A stretch of 23,029 bases of DNA from Vitrella brassicaformis CCMP3155 (taxonomy: Eukaryota; Protista; Chromerida): contig CDMY01000765.1 in the NCBI GenBank assembly GCA_001179505.1, positions 1 to 23,029 of the forward strand. Reading direction: 5' to 3'. The notes beneath the pieces are model-generated. The model had not been told where the DNA came from and made no database searches. It saw only the letters and a program-made list of their open reading frames with translations. Positions 19,302 through 23,029 of the stretch are shown piece by piece (positions within the stretch are counted from its first letter, which is position 1; the number at the start of each line of letters is the position of its first letter). The position numbers and the translations under genes were made by a program.

Positions 19302-22300
19302 CTAAGCCGCCAAGTTGAGCTTGAGGCAATAGTCCCACACCCCATGCACACACTCACTCTTCTTGACAGTGTAGTGTGATGCTACCCGCCCGGCGCACTC
19401 AGCCGCAAACGAGCGGAGGTCGGCCAGCTTATTGGCCACAGTGTCTCCCTCCAGCTCACTCTCACGCAACCATGCCTCCAACTCAACACGGGCCGGTCGC
19501 AGGACTGGGGCTAGCTTGATGGAGTCAGTCAAGCCTGCCTTATCGGACAAGCCACGGCAAACCAGGCGGTGTACAAGAGGGTGGCGGACACCCCCTGTGG
19601 CAGGGGGGTCCGCCGGCCACTCGCACACCTCACGCCCAGCACACTTCTCAATCGTGACCTCATCTAGCTGTTCTACGGACAGGCAGCAGAGAAACTCATG
19701 GGCGGCAGCAAGGCTTGACACAAAGCTGAAGGTGACACTCTTGAGTGTTCTCAGCCCGCCCAAAAACGGTGTGTGATGTCTGCTGACGGCATACACGTCA
19801 GCCATGGACAGTGACGGACAGCACATCTTCAACTCTTCTACAGCGGGGAAGCATCGGCTGGTCGGCCCTTGCCCCTCCCCCTCCCCCTGCCTCTCGGTCA
19901 GCCATGTGGGGATGCTGTCGACCACTGCCGATGCACTCGCGCCGCGCTTGTTGATGGTGAGCTTCTTGGTGTTGGTGAAGATGAGCTTGTCACGCCATGA
20001 CTCGTGCAGCGCTGTGCCACCGAGCTCCAACCGAACCTGATACGACAAGCAGACACAGGCATTTGGCGCTGTCTGATGCACTCCCTCCCTCCCTCCCTCC
20101 CTCCTTGTCTTGTCTGTGCGTTCCCTACCTCTGTCGCATTGGCCGCCATCCGCGTGGCGATCTGTCCGCAAAGTCCGCTGGGTGCAGGGAGGGCAGTGGC
20201 AGCGCCACTGCTGCAGTCGATGACCAGCATGTTGGCACGCCGGCCGGCTGGCTGCCAATCGACCTCGCACTTGGCGTCCGCCGCCCACCTACGAAAGGCC
20301 TCCATGTTGGCCATCCCCTGCTGGCCGTAGCCCACACCGATCGACGTGTTGGGCACGACGAAGCCCAACTTCTTGCGCACCTCTGCAGTCAGCACACAGT
20401 GCTTTGCTAGAGAGAGTAATCATGTGGGTGCTCGCGCCTGATGTACCTTTCTTCTCTGGCTTGTCCCAGTGGCTCTTGAGGGCGGCTTTGAGCTGATTGA
20501 GGCGGCCGAACTGGCTGGGGATGTCGATCACCAGAGCGGTGATGGTGGTGAGGCTGGGACAGCGGCCGAGGGCGGCGGTGAAGTCGGCCCACTGGCCGTC
20601 GTCGACTCTGATGCGGTCGACTTCCAGCCGCTCGAGCTTGGGGGACTGGTTGAGCAGACGCACCAAGGAGGCGGCATCCTCACTGTAGCGGATGCAGTAG
20701 ATGCGGCCGAGTCGGAGTGTGGTGAGTGCCGGGAAGGTCCAGCAACGAGCACTGCAGGCACAGACGACCCAAGACAAGAATGACTACGCGGTTGCGCCAA
20801 CCCTGACTCCCTCTGTATACCCGATAAACTTAAGATCTTCCCGCCCACGGATGTCCATGTGTGTGACTTTGGAGAACACGATGGGCTCGGCATCCGGCGC
20901 CCGTGCGCAGTACTCGACGTCCAGCGTCATCTTCTTGAGCGTGTCCTTGTTCGCCTCGACGTCCAGAGTCATCTTCTTGAGCGTGTCCTTGTTCGCCTCC
21001 AGCAGCTCCGACACCACAGGCGGCATCATGTGGAGGCTGGACACCTCCACAAAGGCCGTCTTTACATTGCCCTGCAAACACACACACACACACACACAGC
21101 GACAGAGCGCTGCACAGACACGCTCCCTCTTTGTGTCCCGTGTGAGGTCTCTTACCGGCATGTGCGGCATCTTCTTGACTTTGTATGCATTCTCTACCAC
21201 AGAGACGCCCGCGAACTTGCCGAAGAGGCCAAGTGTCGTCTCGAGGGCCTTCGTGAGGGTCTTGGCCTGCATTCACAGAGAACAAGGTCACGCATCACAG
21301 CTCCGCCAAACGACCCTCCACTCTCATCTGACCTCGTCTTTCAAGTGCTTGAGCGTCTTGATCTCGCGGTAGGTGGGCTCTTCGTCACGCGTCATGGTGA
21401 AGGTGCGGAAGACGCCGTAGATCTTGTCGGTGGCCTTCATGTGGGTCTCCCTATTGACGCGCGTGAGGCTGCGGACATTGTTGATGGTGGTCAGGAAGGA
21501 GCCCAGCTGGCCAATGACGGCTGCAGGCAGACCCGGCAGACACGGACGGCCGTGACCCTTCTGACACACAGACAGGCATCAGGTTGAGAAATGTGTGTGG
21601 ACATCCTCGTATTACCTCTGTCACCTCTAACGGGACGCCCTGCTGCTGTGTCGCTGCTGCAGCACCACACGCACCAACCGGACCACCTGAAGGCACCACA
21701 CAGGACAGCCATACATGGACGTTGTCACATGTTTGCACCCCATCAGTGTGTGTGTGTGTTGTACCTCCACTACTCGCATCAGCCAGGGCGTCTACACGTT
21801 CACGCTTGCCGTCCTCACCAACCGCCACCTGAACACATGATGTGTGTGACGTCGGCCTGTCTATGAGTTTGTGTGTACCTCCTTGCTGTGCTGTTGTGTA
21901 TCCGCATCGGTATGATCATTGCGCTGACACGGACAGACAGACAGACAGAAGTGGAATGATCGGCGTGTGTGGGGCAAGTGTCTATCGCTCGTGCCATCCT
22001 TACCTTTGTGTTGTGGTCAGTGGTATGTGCCATGTCTTTGCGGAGGGCGGACTGGACGTCGCTGAGAGTCCTCAGGTAAGCCGACAGGCGGCCAGCCAGC
22101 GACGCACCACCATCCTGCAGACAGCAGATCGACAGGACAGTGGGTAACGGATAAGTGCCGCTGCTTGGCTGTCTGTTTTCCCACGCGCACCTGTGTATCG
22201 TTGTCGGTATGTATGGCTATGATGTCCTCTGCCCGCTCAAGATCAGACGCAAGCTGAGGCAAAGACTGCAAGCCAACACCAACACAGCGAATGGCACTCC

Positions 22301-22534
22301 TTGCTGCATGTCATGTGTAGGCCCCTCTCCTCTCTCCCGTCTTACCGAACGCATCGAACGTATCTTCTGCAGAAGATCTCGAGAGCCACCGCGGCCCTGC
22401 CCACCTGAGCACAGTGTGCGGCCGGTCAATCACACCCGGTGCGTGTGTGTGGAGGTGGTGGTGGTGTGACCTGCAGCTGCAGAGGCGGCCGGGCCGTCAT
22501 GTTTGTCTAAGTCCATCAATCCGCCGTCAGCCAT
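19302..22534 (-). CDS. Uncharacterised protein with F-box-like motif and leucine-rich-repeat-like C-terminal half (probable lineage-expanded family)
   Basis: 13 exons: 22534-22471, 22404-22346, 22265-22191, 22114-22004, 21923-21879, 21828-21765, 21686-21616, 21560-21333, 21266-21156, 21071-20821, 20751-20447, 20382-20129, 20036-19302. These total 2373 nt (790 aa), all GT-AG. The F-box-like motif is LPGLPAAVIGQLGSFLTTINNVRSLTRVNR. LRR-like motifs include FPALTTLRL, SPKLERLEV, CPSLTTITAL, FPAVEELKM and LRTLKSVTF. Confidence 0.72.
20913..20999 (-). repeat. Exonic 42-nt tandem duplication (EANKDTLKKMTLDV x2)
   Basis: Copy 1 is 20999-20958 and copy 2 is 20957-20916. They differ only at one synonymous site (ACT vs ACG). 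Confidence 0.95.
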
Positions 22535-23029
22535 CTGCGCTGTCGCTACTAAGTCGCTTAAAAACCTCACAGCTCACCACCACCACCTGACAAAAACACC
22601 AAATTTAAACAAACACAGCCGCAGTCCCAAACGTTGTTCTCTTTGTTTGTTCCTCTGCATCTCGTCTGCCCTGCTGCCTGCTGCCTGACGGTGTCTGCCT
22701 TCCTCTGCTCGTCTGTTTGCTCGCCTGTCTGGCTGGCGGTCATCGCGGCTCGGATGAGATGAGAGACAGTGATCAAAACATCGCCCCGCATTCCACCGAC
22801 ATCCCTTTCTGCGATACGATTCACCTCGAGTGCACTCTTTGAGCTCGCAGCGTAAATGGAGGAAACTTTAAGGTGGTGGCCTCCAGCGCTGCTGGTTGTG
22901 TCAGAAGTGCAAGTCGGTCCAGGGTTTAGGGTCTAGGGTTCATAGACCGACGATCCACTGATCTGTGAGACAGGACGGCTGTTGAGTCTTTGTCCGTTCC
23001 ATGAGACAGGCCATGGCGGACAGGACGTC

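Noticed and set aside
210-22824. Many short ORFs rich in HTHT, CVCV, ERER, SLSL and MDGW/HPSI
   Set aside because: These are translations of intronic CA/GT, GA/CT and GGAT/ATCC microsatellites, not proteins.
22567-22824. 85-aa minus-strand ORF upstream of the F-box/LRR-like gene
   Set aside because: It has no recognisable motif, and an in-frame stop precedes the ATG at 22534. It is more likely 5'UTR, possibly with an intron ending near 22588.
23013-23029. Possible start of another plus-strand gene (ATG GCG GAC AGG ACG) that would continue the alternation
   Set aside because: Only five codons are visible, so it cannot be supported from this window.
1-23029. tRNA, rRNA, snoRNA, transposon or prokaryotic defence system
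   Set aside because: I found no cloverleaf, rRNA-like segment, terminal repeats, transposase/RT motifs or operon structure by eye. Small ncRNAs in introns cannot be excluded without an Infernal/Rfam search.

Overview
This is eukaryotic nuclear DNA that is gene-dense, GC-rich and intron-rich, and it very probably comes from the chromerid alga Vitrella brassicaformis or a close relative. The organism call is inferred from an apicomplexan-lineage CPW-WPC gene, short introns full of CA/GT/CAGA/GGAT microsatellites, and two lineage-specific family genes recognised from memory. By hand I spliced nine protein-coding genes (about 78 introns), and they alternate strictly in orientation: CPW-WPC repeat protein (-, 3' end outside the window), BT1 folate/biopterin transporter (+), NUFIP1/Rsa1 (-), eIF2B gamma (+), an uncharacterised coiled-coil protein (-), a nine-finger TFIIIA-like protein (+), a divergent FKBP (-), an unknown protein with an interrupted or intronised segment (+), and an F-box-like/LRR-like protein (-). 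I see no prokaryotic, CRISPR, mobile-element or structural RNA features, and no clearly new enzymatic system. The most interesting signals are architectural: introns with polarised, self-complementary AC...GT microsatellites; four consecutive head-to-head gene pairs with only 86-211 bp between start codons; repeated GC-AG introns with the same GCAAGC donor; and a coiled-coil gene with only phase-0 introns, several of whose exons encode whole numbers of heptads. All exon boundaries are manual predictions without RNA evidence.
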